64,000 bases of DNA from Candidatus Thorarchaeota archaeon (GCA_016933575.1 JAFGAR010000005.1:36127-100126); one strand, 5' to 3'. Positions 49,645 through 59,845 are shown, numbered from the stretch's first letter. Notes: generated by a model not told the origin, from the letters alone. Made by a program: numbers and translations.

Positions 49645-49689
49645 CATGTCTTCGATTCTTGTATCCTCCTCCCTCCATATGAGTAAAAT

Positions 49690-50112
49690 CTAGATTGAGT
49701 CAGTGATTTTTCCTGGGTGAAGAACTATACCCACAATGAGATTGGACAAAAGGTATGTCAACAACACATAGGGCCACATATACCCAGCAAAGATGTTCCA
49801 CCCAATGATAATCTCTGCTACGGGTCGTCCAATCAGAAAACTCCCTCCCCATTCAAAAAGCAACTCCAGTCCGAGCCATAGTACTCCGACATGGATCAAG
49901 TCGTTAGTTTCATACTCCTTGACGTAGCGGAGTAATAGATATGCAAAGATGAAGATGTAACCGATTCTTGTTGTCATCCCTATCTGATGCGCTAACAATT
50001 CTCCCCACATTGGTTCATAAACGAGACCCATGAGAACAAAGAAGTTAATTCCTGACACGACTGTTTCCATAAGCCAAACACGTACTGCAGTTGAGAGAAG
50101 ACGAGTATTCAT
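49690..50112 (-). CDS. hypothetical membrane protein (4 TM)
   Basis: Start moved to ATG 50112 because the upstream extension overlaps the tRNA; VG.LW..L.LLFEW, GYMWP. Confidence 0.75.
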   Translation of the reverse strand: MNTRLLSTAVRVWLMETVVSGINFFVLMGLVYEPMWGELLAHQIGMTTRIGYIFIFAYLLLRYVKEYETNDLIHVGVLWLGLELLFEWGGSFLIGRPVAEIIIGWNIFAGYMWPYVLLTYLLSNLIVGIVLHPGKITDSI

Positions 50113-50164
50113 GGATATCGCGTGATCGTTTCTAGATTTACACCTTTTCGTCAAGAAAGAGAAG

Positions 50165-50330
50165 TGGTGCGCTCGCCGGGACTCGAATTCCCGACCACAT
50201 TCGAAACTGAATGCAGTTCCCGGCTCCCGATCGCATCCGAAATGAATGCGATTGCCGGATCCGTGGCAGGGATCCATCATAGCCCCTTAGTCAAGACTTC
50301 TGAACTCGAAGTCTCTTAGACAACGAGCGC
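50165..50330 (-). tRNA. tRNA-Gly(GCC) with three introns (50287-50316, 50224-50253, 50188-50218)
   Basis: Spliced 75-nt product GCGCTCGTTGTCTA-GGGGCTATGATGGATCCCTGCCACGGATCCGGC-CCGGG-TTCGAGTCCCGGCGAGCGCACCA folds to a cloverleaf; each insert is a hairpin with BHB-like ends. Confidence 0.88.
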
Positions 50331-50391
50331 TTGTAGAACTGACCGCATCTGTGAGCGTTAAAAAGTTTGCCAAAGGCTCGAAGTGTTTTCC

Positions 50392-50907
50392 CTACTCAAG
50401 AAAGTCTTGGTTCGACATAGCCATCATGATCTCATCAGCATATTGGCCATCATGCTTGATCCCCTCTTTGAGAACACCAAATCTTCTGAACCCAATTCTC
50501 TCATAGGCAGTGATAGCTCTCGTGTTGGTCGACTCTGCACTTATCTGAACAATTTCAATTTCCAACGATGAGAAATGCTCACTAATTCTCTGCATCATGA
50601 GTCTTGCCACGCCTCTCCCTCTGAAATTCTCGTTCACAACAACCTGAACCATCTCAATGCGATGTCTGGATCCTGCCCATCGCATCCTGACTCCAGTACA
50701 TACCCCTATCACTTCATTTTCATGAATGGCACAAACACTGAAGACCTCCTCTGGTCCTGGACTAAGAAGTTCCGCTCTCTGACTCAACACAACTTCTTCA
50801 GGAACCCCTTCAAAGAGGTTCTCTGAGATTGATTTTGCATGCTCCCTCGAATAAGGAACAACATGGATATCATCTTCTGTCAAGAGTGATTCACTTTCCA
50901 CTGGCAA
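50392..50907 (-). CDS. GNAT acetyltransferase
   Basis: V.ENFRGRGVA, N..AI.AYERIGF. Confidence 0.9.
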   Translation of the reverse strand: MPVESESLLTEDDIHVVPYSREHAKSISENLFEGVPEEVVLSQRAELLSPGPEEVFSVCAIHENEVIGVCTGVRMRWAGSRHRIEMVQVVVNENFRGRGVARLMMQRISEHFSSLEIEIVQISAESTNTRAITAYERIGFRRFGVLKEGIKHDGQYADEIMMAMSNQDFLE

Positions 50908-51961
50908 TCTGCTTTATTCTCAACACCCTGAACGTGGACTCACATTCTATTGCCTTCGGATAACTCCTTCTATCATCGAAACCCATCCGGAAACCCCCCA
51001 CCCAGTACCCAGTCTGTTTCTCAGGTAACCAAGTACGTGGAAAGGAATAGGTGTCCTCCTCTGTTCTATAACTCTCGATATATTCCATCGAATCAATGAA
51101 CCATGGACTCACACGTGCTAATGGAAATCTTGCCATAAACTCTAGCGTAAGTAGTAATTCTGCAAACTTCGTATCTTCAGGTCTCGAAAAGTATCCTGGT
51201 AGATGAGCAGCCCATCCAAGGACATAGTATCCTGTTTCATACTTTGCTAGACCATAGCTCCAAGGTACCTTTTGGTATTCTGGAGTGAGTATCATTTCGA
51301 TTATGGAGTTAATCTTGTCTTGATACTTTTGTTCGGTAAGCAGTTCATTGCAATTAGCAAAACCCCTGATATCATGAACCCACGGAAGCATGAATTGTTG
51401 GTCCGGATACAAGTCTGGATTGACGATGTTGTGACTCTCACTCCCTTTTGGAATTCCAGTGAACTCAGATTTGTCAACGAATATCCTTGAGAAGTCTGGT
51501 TCCTGAGCAAAAGTAGAGATTGTTTCCAATCTTTTTATCAGCTGGGCTTTTACAGGACTTGTTGAGCCATACCCTGCATATGCAAGAAAAGAAGCTACAA
51601 TCGTTCGAAGAAAAATCGCATGAGGTGTACTTGGATATGTACCGACATTCTCTGCTAACCAGACACGATATGGGAGCGTCTTATTATCGAAAGGTTGAAG
51701 CCCTGCTCTAAGACCAAGCTGTACGATTTTTCCAATGACATTCTCGAAGGCATCATGTCTGCCTGAATGGAGGCTGTTGATATCGAATTGGGGAACAAGG
51801 TGTTCCACCCATTCTTTGATATCTTTGCTCTCAAGCATCTCTTTTAGGGCTGTGGACACAATTCCGACATCTTGTTCCTGTAGGATATCTACGATAGTAC
51901 GAAATCTGATACATGGTCCACCATTGTCCACTAACCATCGAGCAAGGTCGTATAATTCCAT
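50891..51961 (-). CDS. hypothetical alpha-helical protein (possibly alpha/alpha-toroid)
   Basis: WL.DNGGP.IRFRT N-terminus, ESTFR.LRI C-terminus; start placed at ATG 51961. Confidence 0.6.
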   Translation of the reverse strand: MELYDLARWLVDNGGPCIRFRTIVDILQEQDVGIVSTALKEMLESKDIKEWVEHLVPQFDINSLHSGRHDAFENVIGKIVQLGLRAGLQPFDNKTLPYRVWLAENVGTYPSTPHAIFLRTIVASFLAYAGYGSTSPVKAQLIKRLETISTFAQEPDFSRIFVDKSEFTGIPKGSESHNIVNPDLYPDQQFMLPWVHDIRGFANCNELLTEQKYQDKINSIIEMILTPEYQKVPWSYGLAKYETGYYVLGWAAHLPGYFSRPEDTKFAELLLTLEFMARFPLARVSPWFIDSMEYIESYRTEEDTYSFPRTWLPEKQTGYWVGGFRMGFDDRRSYPKAIECESTFRVLRIKQIASGK

Positions 51962-52062
51962 GAAACTACACTCGGTCTCGAGCTGTATATCTGTTCTCTC
52001 TTCCGCGAAAATGCGATAGAGAGTTAAGTACGAACGCATTATGGAAATGCTGAGGGTCACAC

Positions 52063-52761
52063 ATGACTGATACTACTGCGCTCCTTAAGCAGCTCCAGAC
52101 GGATATAATGAAGGATATTTACAACAAGAGGATGATTCTCACATCAGTCCGTGATAAACCTGAAGGGTGGACGCTACACTCTGGCAAGTGGAGTCCCTTC
52201 TATATTCAACTCCGAGAGATCTGTTCACACCCTGATACACTGGCAAAAGTCGGAAAGGCGCTCTCAATCCTGATCAAGGAACAAGCACCACGCATCAATC
52301 GATTAGTAGGTGTTGCTTTCGCTGGAGTTCCAATCGCCACAGCAGTCTCCTTAGAGTCTGGCATTCCTGCATGCCATACTCGTAAGATCTTGGGAGTGCG
52401 GACTGAAGAAGAAATGACGCAGGCAATCAGTTCCTATGGACAGCACTCATTTCTGGAAGGAGCTATTGATGACGGTGATGCACTCTGTCTGGTAGACGAT
52501 CTTGTCACTGGAATGGAGAGTAAAGTTGTTGCCCGAACTCAAGTACTTGCAGAGATTGAGAAGCGAGGTCTCTCTGATGTTGTGTGTGATGATATTGCAG
52601 TTATTGTTGACAGGCATCAAGGCGCAGGAGAACGAGCACAAGCACTCAATCTACGGCTACACTCGCTTATCGATATTGTCGACGATGGTCTTGATATTCT
52701 AAAGGACTTGATGTCCAGTGAAGAACACTCGATTGTCTCCAATTATCTCATTGGAATGTAG
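52063..52761 (+). CDS. pyrE: orotate phosphoribosyltransferase-like protein
   Basis: LHSGKWSPFYI.LR, GV..AG.P, LVDDLVTG PRPP motif, IVDR.QG. Confidence 0.82.
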   Translation: MTDTTALLKQLQTDIMKDIYNKRMILTSVRDKPEGWTLHSGKWSPFYIQLREICSHPDTLAKVGKALSILIKEQAPRINRLVGVAFAGVPIATAVSLESGIPACHTRKILGVRTEEEMTQAISSYGQHSFLEGAIDDGDALCLVDDLVTGMESKVVARTQVLAEIEKRGLSDVVCDDIAVIVDRHQGAGERAQALNLRLHSLIDIVDDGLDILKDLMSSEEHSIVSNYLIGM

Positions 52762-52836
52762 GCCTAATAGGACACGTAGTTGTTTTTGTACGTTACAGAA
52801 ACCATTTTCTTCACTTAATATCCACCTACGCTTCTT

Positions 52837-53289
52837 ATGAGTCGCAAGAACCCTCTGGACAATCTATTGAATCTCGCTCTGGCTATGTCCACTCGTCACT
52901 ACGAATATTACGACGAGACCGCAAAGCATGTTGAAACTCCACAAGTGAAGGCACTTCTCAAGGTTCTTGCTGATACGGAGGCTGACCTGATCGTTCAGAT
53001 TCGTCACATGATGATAACAGGGGTCTTGGATGAGGTTGAAGCCATGGGCAAAGTGGAGGTGGGTGAAGACCCTCCCGATGACTCACCCTTCGCTCCTGAA
53101 CGGAACGATACTGATCCTCGTGTCTTCATATGTAACAAGGCTTTGGAGCAGGAAGTAAAGGGGTATACATTCTACCTCTCCATCTCAGCGCGCGCCAAAT
53201 CAGAGCTTATCAGTCGAGTCTTCGAGTACCTAGCATACATAAAATCAGAACAGATCGAGAGAATTCGAAAAGTCTGCGGAACCTTCTAG
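52837..53289 (+). CDS. degenerate ferritin/rubrerythrin-like protein, paralog 1
   Basis: Four-helix pattern ..EYY..A...PQVKALL..LA..E / ALE.E..GY.FY. Confidence 0.65.
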   Translation: MSRKNPLDNLLNLALAMSTRHYEYYDETAKHVETPQVKALLKVLADTEADLIVQIRHMMITGVLDEVEAMGKVEVGEDPPDDSPFAPERNDTDPRVFICNKALEQEVKGYTFYLSISARAKSELISRVFEYLAYIKSEQIERIRKVCGTF

Positions 53290-53346
53290 CCCTCTCTACT
53301 AGATGATAGAAAGTGCTTTCTTTGTTTGTTGCAATATTCCCAGTTG

Positions 53347-53820
53347 ATGACCGATAACAAAGCAGTCCAGAACATGTTGCAGATTGCTCTGACAACAGCT
53401 GCCAATCACTATGATTTCTATCTCAAAGCAGCGAATGTTGTAGAGACCCCTCAGGTGAAAGCATTATTGATGGTCCTAGCAGATACTGAAGGTGAGCTCA
53501 TGGATAGAATTCGTCTCATGATGACTACAGGTATTCTGGATGCAATCGAGGAGGTCAGAAAGGAGTCCTTCATTCTGGGGGATCCAGATCCGACACCCTT
53601 TGGAATGGATCGTACTCCCTTTGCTCGGTCGAATCCAGACACCGACCCTCGTCTCTTTGTCTGCAATCGGGCTCTAGAGATGGAGTTTAAGGGATTCTCT
53701 TTCTACAGTTCTATATCCACTCGAGCAAAGTCTGAGATGATGCGCCGTCTGTATGAGTATCTTGCCTTTATCAAATCCGGGCAGATTCAGAAAATACGTA
53801 AGGTCTGTGAAACCTTCTAG
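53347..53820 (+). CDS. degenerate ferritin/rubrerythrin-like protein, paralog 2
   Basis: Shares VETPQVKALL.VLADTE, DTDPR.F.CN.ALE.E.KG..FY, IRKVC.TF with paralog 1. Confidence 0.65.
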   Translation: MTDNKAVQNMLQIALTTAANHYDFYLKAANVVETPQVKALLMVLADTEGELMDRIRLMMTTGILDAIEEVRKESFILGDPDPTPFGMDRTPFARSNPDTDPRLFVCNRALEMEFKGFSFYSSISTRAKSEMMRRLYEYLAFIKSGQIQKIRKVCETF

Positions 53821-53999
53821 AGACCAATCAATTCTCTGTACTCTGCAGACCTTCTCCCTTCAGATTCACCCAGTTTCAGGTCTCCAAACACACTCAGTCT
53901 TATAATTAGAACACGTGTTCCAAGAATTTAATTAGATAATATTCTATAAAAATAGAATATTAGATATATTTATATATGTTTAAGTATATGATAATAGTA

Positions 54000-54086
54000 G
54001 TGGCCGGGAGGCCGCGAACCAGTGGAACCGCCAAGAATCTCCATCGGAAACGAAGGGGGTAGGGGGTTCCGACGCAGCGAGATGGA
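54000..54086 (+). ncRNA. candidate structured 5' leader RNA
   Basis: GC-rich segment after a very AT-rich promoter; GTGGCC-GGGA-GGCCGC and TCG-GAAA-CGA GNRA hairpins, GGAACC/GGTTCC stem. Confidence 0.4.
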
Positions 54087-54091
54087 AAAAA

Positions 54092-54433
54092 ATGAAGAAT
54101 GAACAAAACGTGTTTGTCCCCCCAATAGTCTTTGAGACCTACTCTGACTTTCGAGGAGTTATTGATGAGGCTGCAATGATTGTCTACAGCCCTGAGTACT
54201 ATCATGGACCCTTTACAGATGAACCAAAACGATTACGCAGAGTGACCTTCACTGCTGTTGGAGTCCAACGACGGGGAATACCCATGACTTTCAAGTACAT
54301 CTTGGATGATGTCCGGGATATTGATCGAGTTGCTTCGGAGATACTTGAGGAACTCGAGAATCGAAGCCATATTGTACGAGGAACTGTAGAGACCTCACGC
54401 CCAATGGGCGAATTACTTGCTTCATGGCCCTGA
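54092..54433 (+). CDS. hypothetical protein
   Basis: 113-aa ORF downstream of promoter and leader. Confidence 0.65.
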   Translation: MKNEQNVFVPPIVFETYSDFRGVIDEAAMIVYSPEYYHGPFTDEPKRLRRVTFTAVGVQRRGIPMTFKYILDDVRDIDRVASEILEELENRSHIVRGTVETSRPMGELLASWP

Positions 54434-54537
54434 TAATGCCCTGGTCATTATATTCCTAGTAACAAAGAGTGCATACGCCATCTCGCATCTACCGATATTG
54501 CTTTTTATGGAAAGATTCTATATGATAGTGAGGAACA

Positions 54538-55071
54538 GTGAACGACCCGGAACCTGCTGAAGAGATAGTGCCACGAATCTTGAAGCAGTACTCAGAACGA
54601 CCACGTGGATGGCACATCATGAATACCCCGACAGGAGATGTACTGGTATTGAGTACTGACTCCGCTTTTCAGCTTAAACTCATACCTCTCAGTCCCTTCG
54701 AGTTCACTGGTGCTGGGATTGAACTCTCCAAATCCAATAAGACAATTGAGTCTATTCGATCATCCCCGGAGTTTGGGCTACGTCCTATCGATGAGCTCGA
54801 TCTTCAAAAACTCGTCAATGCTCTGGGAAGCTCGCAAAGTACTGGTAGTGTTCCTGAAGTACAGGAGATTCTCAAAAGAGCACCCGTATCATTAGAGGAC
54901 CTCTCATCGAATAAACACGCACAAGACCACATTCTACGTGGTCCTGTTCTCATGCGTCCTGATCTTGGTTCTCTGAGCCCTGAGCTTCTAGAGATGCAGA
55001 CTCTTCTCGATCGCAGTGCTCAGAAGTCTTTTCGTGACAGATATCCCATGCGAGCAGGGATGTATCTCTAA
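54538..55071 (+). CDS. hypothetical protein
   Basis: 177-aa ORF, GAGG upstream of GTG. Confidence 0.65.
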   Translation: MNDPEPAEEIVPRILKQYSERPRGWHIMNTPTGDVLVLSTDSAFQLKLIPLSPFEFTGAGIELSKSNKTIESIRSSPEFGLRPIDELDLQKLVNALGSSQSTGSVPEVQEILKRAPVSLEDLSSNKHAQDHILRGPVLMRPDLGSLSPELLEMQTLLDRSAQKSFRDRYPMRAGMYL

Positions 55072-55148
55072 TAGACTCTGGTTTTTTAACGCTCTGTGAA
55101 AACTGCCTCTAGGTCACACTTCATTAGTCAAATTTCGATAGGTGATCT

Positions 55149-55649
55149 TTGAGCGCCATGATTAGGAATCTCATTGTCATTGATAACAACAGCCGCCCGA
55201 TAGTGAGTGCTAACTTTGGAGAGTGCCATTCTCTAGGGCAAGATGATGAATTGATTAGTGGTTTTATCAGTGCTGTCTATAGCTTTTCGAAAATGCTTGC
55301 CGCTGACAGTCTCGATCAGATTCAAATGCGTGGTCTCACCTTTATAATCAAATCCAGAGGTACTCTGATCTTTGCTCTCTCTGCAGACGACCCAAACAGA
55401 GCTACTCATGAAAAGACCTTGGTGAAGATTATTGACCTCTTCGAGGATCTCTACGATTACTATTCCACGTGCGTTGACCCTGATGTGGATACTTCAGTCT
55501 TTCACGAGTTTCCTCGATTTCTTGTGGATCAGAGCATCCTGCAACCAAATTGTGGAAAGTATACTGACTGCAAAGATTGTCCAAATAGTGAGAGAGATCT
55601 TCCTCTCCGTGAATTAACTAAAGAATTGGATAAACGCCTTGATGCCTAA
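55149..55649 (+). CDS. longin-like domain protein with C-terminal Cys cluster
   Basis: LIVID..RPI..., DELISGFISAVYSFSK helix, LDQIQM....II....LIFAL; tail CGKYTDCKDC. Confidence 0.7.
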   Translation: MSAMIRNLIVIDNNSRPIVSANFGECHSLGQDDELISGFISAVYSFSKMLAADSLDQIQMRGLTFIIKSRGTLIFALSADDPNRATHEKTLVKIIDLFEDLYDYYSTCVDPDVDTSVFHEFPRFLVDQSILQPNCGKYTDCKDCPNSERDLPLRELTKELDKRLDA

Positions 55650-55674
55650 CTGAATGATGACTATGCTCTCTCAG

Positions 55675-57897
55675 TCATTGAATATCCATAGTTTTATGAT
55701 TCTGTTCTATACGCCTATACGCTCTCTTGGTATCCCTATACATGAGATACCACGGTACCCAGAGTAACCCCGGATAGATAATGAACAACAATTCGCTCGT
55801 GAGAAACCCTGGTTGCGGCCACATGGAGGGAAATAGAACATTCCAAGCAGTCACAAACAAAGTGATACTTGTACAGATGATGAACAAAGCAAACTTGAGC
55901 TGTTTTCTTCTGATCCATTGGAACTTGAAATAATCTGCAAGAATATAGGTTACCCATGATATAGAAGCAAGCTCGATAAAACTTGGCCAAGGGATTTGAT
56001 TGGTTACTACTGTTCCAGAATAGTCCTTTGAAATATGGTAGAAATAGACATCTCGCATTGGATTGAAAACTAGACCGTCGCCTCTCAACCAATCCCTCCA
56101 TGTTTGAAACTCTATTTTCTGGTAGCCCCAGATGTATGGAGCTTCATCAGCTACCGCATTTTGGATGTTGTTGAAGTAGATTTGTCTTAGTGTTGGGTTG
56201 TTTTCGGAGATTGCCAAATCACACCACATGTCGACATCGGTGTTGTTATAGCCAATCTGTCGAGCCAGAGCCCCTTCAGAGTGACATATTGGTTGTAGAT
56301 AGCTTATTGGGTCAGAATAGTCTGGGACCCATCCAAAAGGTAGCATTGGAAGTCTTCTCTCTTCAAGATACTCAAGATACTCACTATATGTGAGACTCTC
56401 GACTAAGAATGTCATGTTATTATTCAGACCTGTATGATTAGATTCAGGGATCCAATATACATCTTCCAAACCAATCTGTAGTAGTGAACTCGCCTCATCT
56501 CTCAGTGAACTTCCTGCAAGATGGTAGAAGATTATGCTATTATTTATCGTGTTTAGCGAGTTTACGAATACAGGGTCTTGCATTGCCAAGTTCCACTCAG
56601 CCACAGCTGCTGTGAGATTGTAGTTGAATCCGATGCCGGAGTCATTATGACCGACCATCCCTGCAGGAATTGGCCCTTTTCCTTGAATCCCATATCCATT
56701 GACTGCAGAATCGATAAAGTTCTGATAATCGAAGGCAAATGAAGCAGCCCTTCTGAAGTTCCTATTATTGAACGGACATTCTGTGATCACTGTGGTTCCG
56801 TTCACCGTGACTGTGAGGTTGCCCATGTTAAACCCAAGAAATAGAGTCTCAAACTTGTAACCTCCTGTTGATACGTTGATATTTAGATACCTTGTAATCT
56901 CATTCACAGGATCCCACACTAAATGCGCTTCTGTTAAGGGCCACTCTACTCCATCAACAACCCCATTTCGAAGATTCAACTCACGTCCAAGTGCATCATA
57001 ATTCATCCTGATGTAGATTTTTTCTATTGATCCTGCATTAGAGGGTGGAAGTACCTCCAAAATCGAGGTAGTTTCCCTCCAATACTTCTCATAGGATTCC
57101 AATTCTATATACTGGTCTTCAACCCAATCAACGATTGTGTATGGACCTGTGCCGCAGGTGTGCGTGTGCATGTAGTTTTCAGACTGACCATAGTCCACTC
57201 CATACGCCTCCCATGTCATCAAATCTAGGTCAGATGCATGAGAGATTGCATAGGTGGGGCTCATGAAACGAGCAGACTTCGATGCTAGAATAGTCACAAA
57301 TGGTGAGAATGCCTCTTCGAGAACAAACCTGACCGTATACGTGTCAAGAATCATTATCGCACTGGAATTAACAATCCAACTGTCGAATTCACTTTGAAAC
57401 ACTGATGATGATGTACCATTGAGTACTGCTACTTGTTTGACTTCATTACCACCCTTGAGTGTTTCAGCAAATGTCCAGATGGCCTGTGAATCGGAGAATA
57501 TCTTCATCGCACGTTCGATATTCCACTTCACACAGCTAGCATTGAAAGGGGTACCATCCTGAAACGTTATGTTCTGGCGAAGCGCTATTGTGTAATTCCT
57601 ACCATCTGGTGATATTATTGGTTCCCCTAATGCAAGGAGCGGTATCAATGAAGTAGTATCACTACTGTTGAAAGGGTATGTGTACAAGGTCTCATAGATG
57701 TTTGAGAGAATCCAATCTCCAACACCTGTGTTATCAACAGCAGGATCCATTGATTCAGGGTCGTATGATGTTTCCCACACGATGGTATTGCTTGGCGGCC
57801 TATGGATCACATCCCCATGAAAACCCCAATTGAACCATGTGAAAAATGAGAATATTAGTAGGATTAGGGCTAAGACAATAAGCCACTCCTTTCTCAT
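55675..57897 (-). CDS. ABC transporter family-5 (peptide/nickel) substrate-binding protein with C-terminal TMs
   Basis: SMDPA, NIYETL, FQDGTPFNA..VKW, GTGPY, FRRA.SFAFD, GW.PDY.DP. Confidence 0.92.
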   Translation of the reverse strand: MRKEWLIVLALILLIFSFFTWFNWGFHGDVIHRPPSNTIVWETSYDPESMDPAVDNTGVGDWILSNIYETLYTYPFNSSDTTSLIPLLALGEPIISPDGRNYTIALRQNITFQDGTPFNASCVKWNIERAMKIFSDSQAIWTFAETLKGGNEVKQVAVLNGTSSSVFQSEFDSWIVNSSAIMILDTYTVRFVLEEAFSPFVTILASKSARFMSPTYAISHASDLDLMTWEAYGVDYGQSENYMHTHTCGTGPYTIVDWVEDQYIELESYEKYWRETTSILEVLPPSNAGSIEKIYIRMNYDALGRELNLRNGVVDGVEWPLTEAHLVWDPVNEITRYLNINVSTGGYKFETLFLGFNMGNLTVTVNGTTVITECPFNNRNFRRAASFAFDYQNFIDSAVNGYGIQGKGPIPAGMVGHNDSGIGFNYNLTAAVAEWNLAMQDPVFVNSLNTINNSIIFYHLAGSSLRDEASSLLQIGLEDVYWIPESNHTGLNNNMTFLVESLTYSEYLEYLEERRLPMLPFGWVPDYSDPISYLQPICHSEGALARQIGYNNTDVDMWCDLAISENNPTLRQIYFNNIQNAVADEAPYIWGYQKIEFQTWRDWLRGDGLVFNPMRDVYFYHISKDYSGTVVTNQIPWPSFIELASISWVTYILADYFKFQWIRRKQLKFALFIICTSITLFVTAWNVLFPSMWPQPGFLTSELLFIIYPGLLWVPWYLMYRDTKRAYRRIEQNHKTMDIQ

Positions 57898-58182
57898 ATG
57901 GACATTTAGCCTAGCCACGCACATCACATCCACACAATATGAGATTTCTCTCAGTAGAAACTTATGAATTGTATGAATCTCAGTTTCTCTCTCTAATTCT
58001 TTCTGTGGTAATATCACTTGACAAAGAAATTCGGAATATCAACCGATTGCTTTCGTGTCGATTGAATGGTAGAGTGAATACCTTATGCGAAGGTATACCG
58101 AGAAGCCAACAGAATCCTATAATCTACAAAGGATTTATAGACATTCAGTAATCATTCGAATTGCATGCGCGGAGGTTGAAGT

Positions 58183-59682
58183 TTGAAGAAGAATGCTACA
58201 CTCTTTCTTGTAATATTGCTAGCTACTGCAATAATCATTCCCCAGTCCATGGCTCTGACAAGTCAGGGACTATTCTACAGAACACAAGATGGCGACCGCT
58301 TTTATTTCACAATGGATGTAATTGATGAAGGAGAAGTCGCTGAAACTCAAATCATCTACTTTGAGATAGATAATGCCAGTAAACCAATCCCTGACCCTCT
58401 GACATATTTGGGTGATCTTGATCCCGTTGACCTGTCTATATACTATGAAAATGGAACGAATATTGGTCTTCTTGCTATCATCTTCATTTACATACCTCTT
58501 CTACAATTTCCAGTTGGAAACTGGAGTCTGATCAATTCTCTTGCTTTCACAGACCTTGAAGGACTTATGATAATGTCAATCAGTAATCTCTCAATCACCT
58601 ACAATGCAGACACTTTGGGCTTTACTTACAAGATGATTAGTACTGATACTGAAACGACTGTTTGGGCCGATTATTCGATTTTTGATGGTGTGTTGTCTTA
58701 CTATGGTTTTGAATACTTCAATACTACAACTGATGAACAAATAACAAAATGCGATATCAGCAGATTCTCGTATCACAATTTGTATTGGGGTTTCGAAGAC
58801 GGTGATACATTTAATTTCCGTATAGTTATGACAGGAACTAGTTCCGGATTTCAGGAATTAGATGAAGAACTCTACATTGAAGTAGATGAGGATGGATTGC
58901 CTATTATTCCATATATATTGGATGAATGGGACGACATTCCCTACATTGGAGGCGCGTTATACTGGGCTAATGGTACAATAGCATTTGAACCATTTTTCGA
59001 GCGTTCTTGGAGAATCGCAGTTCCTCTCGGAAATTGGTCCCTCCTCAGTGCCCTCATAGAAGACAAACCATCTCCTTCAGATCTCGCTCTTGATCCTGCA
59101 CATCCTTGGCTCTGGGGATACTCGTGGTCAGAAACAACAGGAGATATCCTGCTTGAGGTCCATACAGATTATCTGAAGGTAGATGGATTCTTAGCCCGTC
59201 ATTCAGCTGTATTCACAAATGCAACCACCTCTGAAGTCATTGGGACCATCACAATTGAGCGATTAGATATCGAAACATATACAGATGATACAGCACCTTC
59301 AATCAATCATCCTGATGATGGTACTTTCGTCGAGGGTACTGAAAACAATAATATTACTTGGATTCCAACTGATGACTTTCCAGCTACGTACACAATTAGT
59401 CTGAACGGTTCTAATTTGCCATCAGCCTCGTGGACTTCTGGTAGTCCCATTGTACTGGAGTTAGATGACTTCGAAGTTGGTGAATACAATTGTACAATCA
59501 CAGTCTATGACTATGCAGGTAACTACGTCCGCGATTCGGTGTTGGTCACTGTTACTGCCGCTCCAACTACAAGTTCCCGTGGGATTGTCGATTTGATAAT
59601 GGACAACATAATCTTCGTTATAATAGGTGTAGGTGTAGTAGTCATTCTCGGAGCTGGTGCATTACTAAGAAGAAAATCATAG
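58183..59682 (+). CDS. surface glycoprotein: two tandem ~175-aa repeats, Ig-like domain, C-terminal TM
   Basis: Signal peptide; repeated L..../GD.F.F...P.GNWSL...Y...DG.L; DDTAPSI...G.YN.TITV.D.AGN Ig; TM plus RRKS. Confidence 0.8.
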   Translation: MKKNATLFLVILLATAIIIPQSMALTSQGLFYRTQDGDRFYFTMDVIDEGEVAETQIIYFEIDNASKPIPDPLTYLGDLDPVDLSIYYENGTNIGLLAIIFIYIPLLQFPVGNWSLINSLAFTDLEGLMIMSISNLSITYNADTLGFTYKMISTDTETTVWADYSIFDGVLSYYGFEYFNTTTDEQITKCDISRFSYHNLYWGFEDGDTFNFRIVMTGTSSGFQELDEELYIEVDEDGLPIIPYILDEWDDIPYIGGALYWANGTIAFEPFFERSWRIAVPLGNWSLLSALIEDKPSPSDLALDPAHPWLWGYSWSETTGDILLEVHTDYLKVDGFLARHSAVFTNATTSEVIGTITIERLDIETYTDDTAPSINHPDDGTFVEGTENNNITWIPTDDFPATYTISLNGSNLPSASWTSGSPIVLELDDFEVGEYNCTITVYDYAGNYVRDSVLVTVTAAPTTSSRGIVDLIMDNIIFVIIGVGVVVILGAGALLRRKS

Positions 59683-59692
59683 TATAATGAGA

Positions 59693-59725
59693 ATGAGCGT
59701 ATCAACGCTCATCCCCTCCTTTTTT
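59693..59725 (+). terminator. putative terminator hairpin
   Basis: ATGAGCGT-ATCA-ACGCTCAT followed by a T-run. Confidence 0.5.
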
Positions 59726-59845
59726 CTAAGGACAGCCATAGGAAGGAGTGATGGGTGATACTAAACTGGGAAATTGGAAACAGCCAAATGTAAGGATTTT
59801 TTCATTATAGTTCGATGTTTCTAAATTTCAGATACCTGTAGAGTC

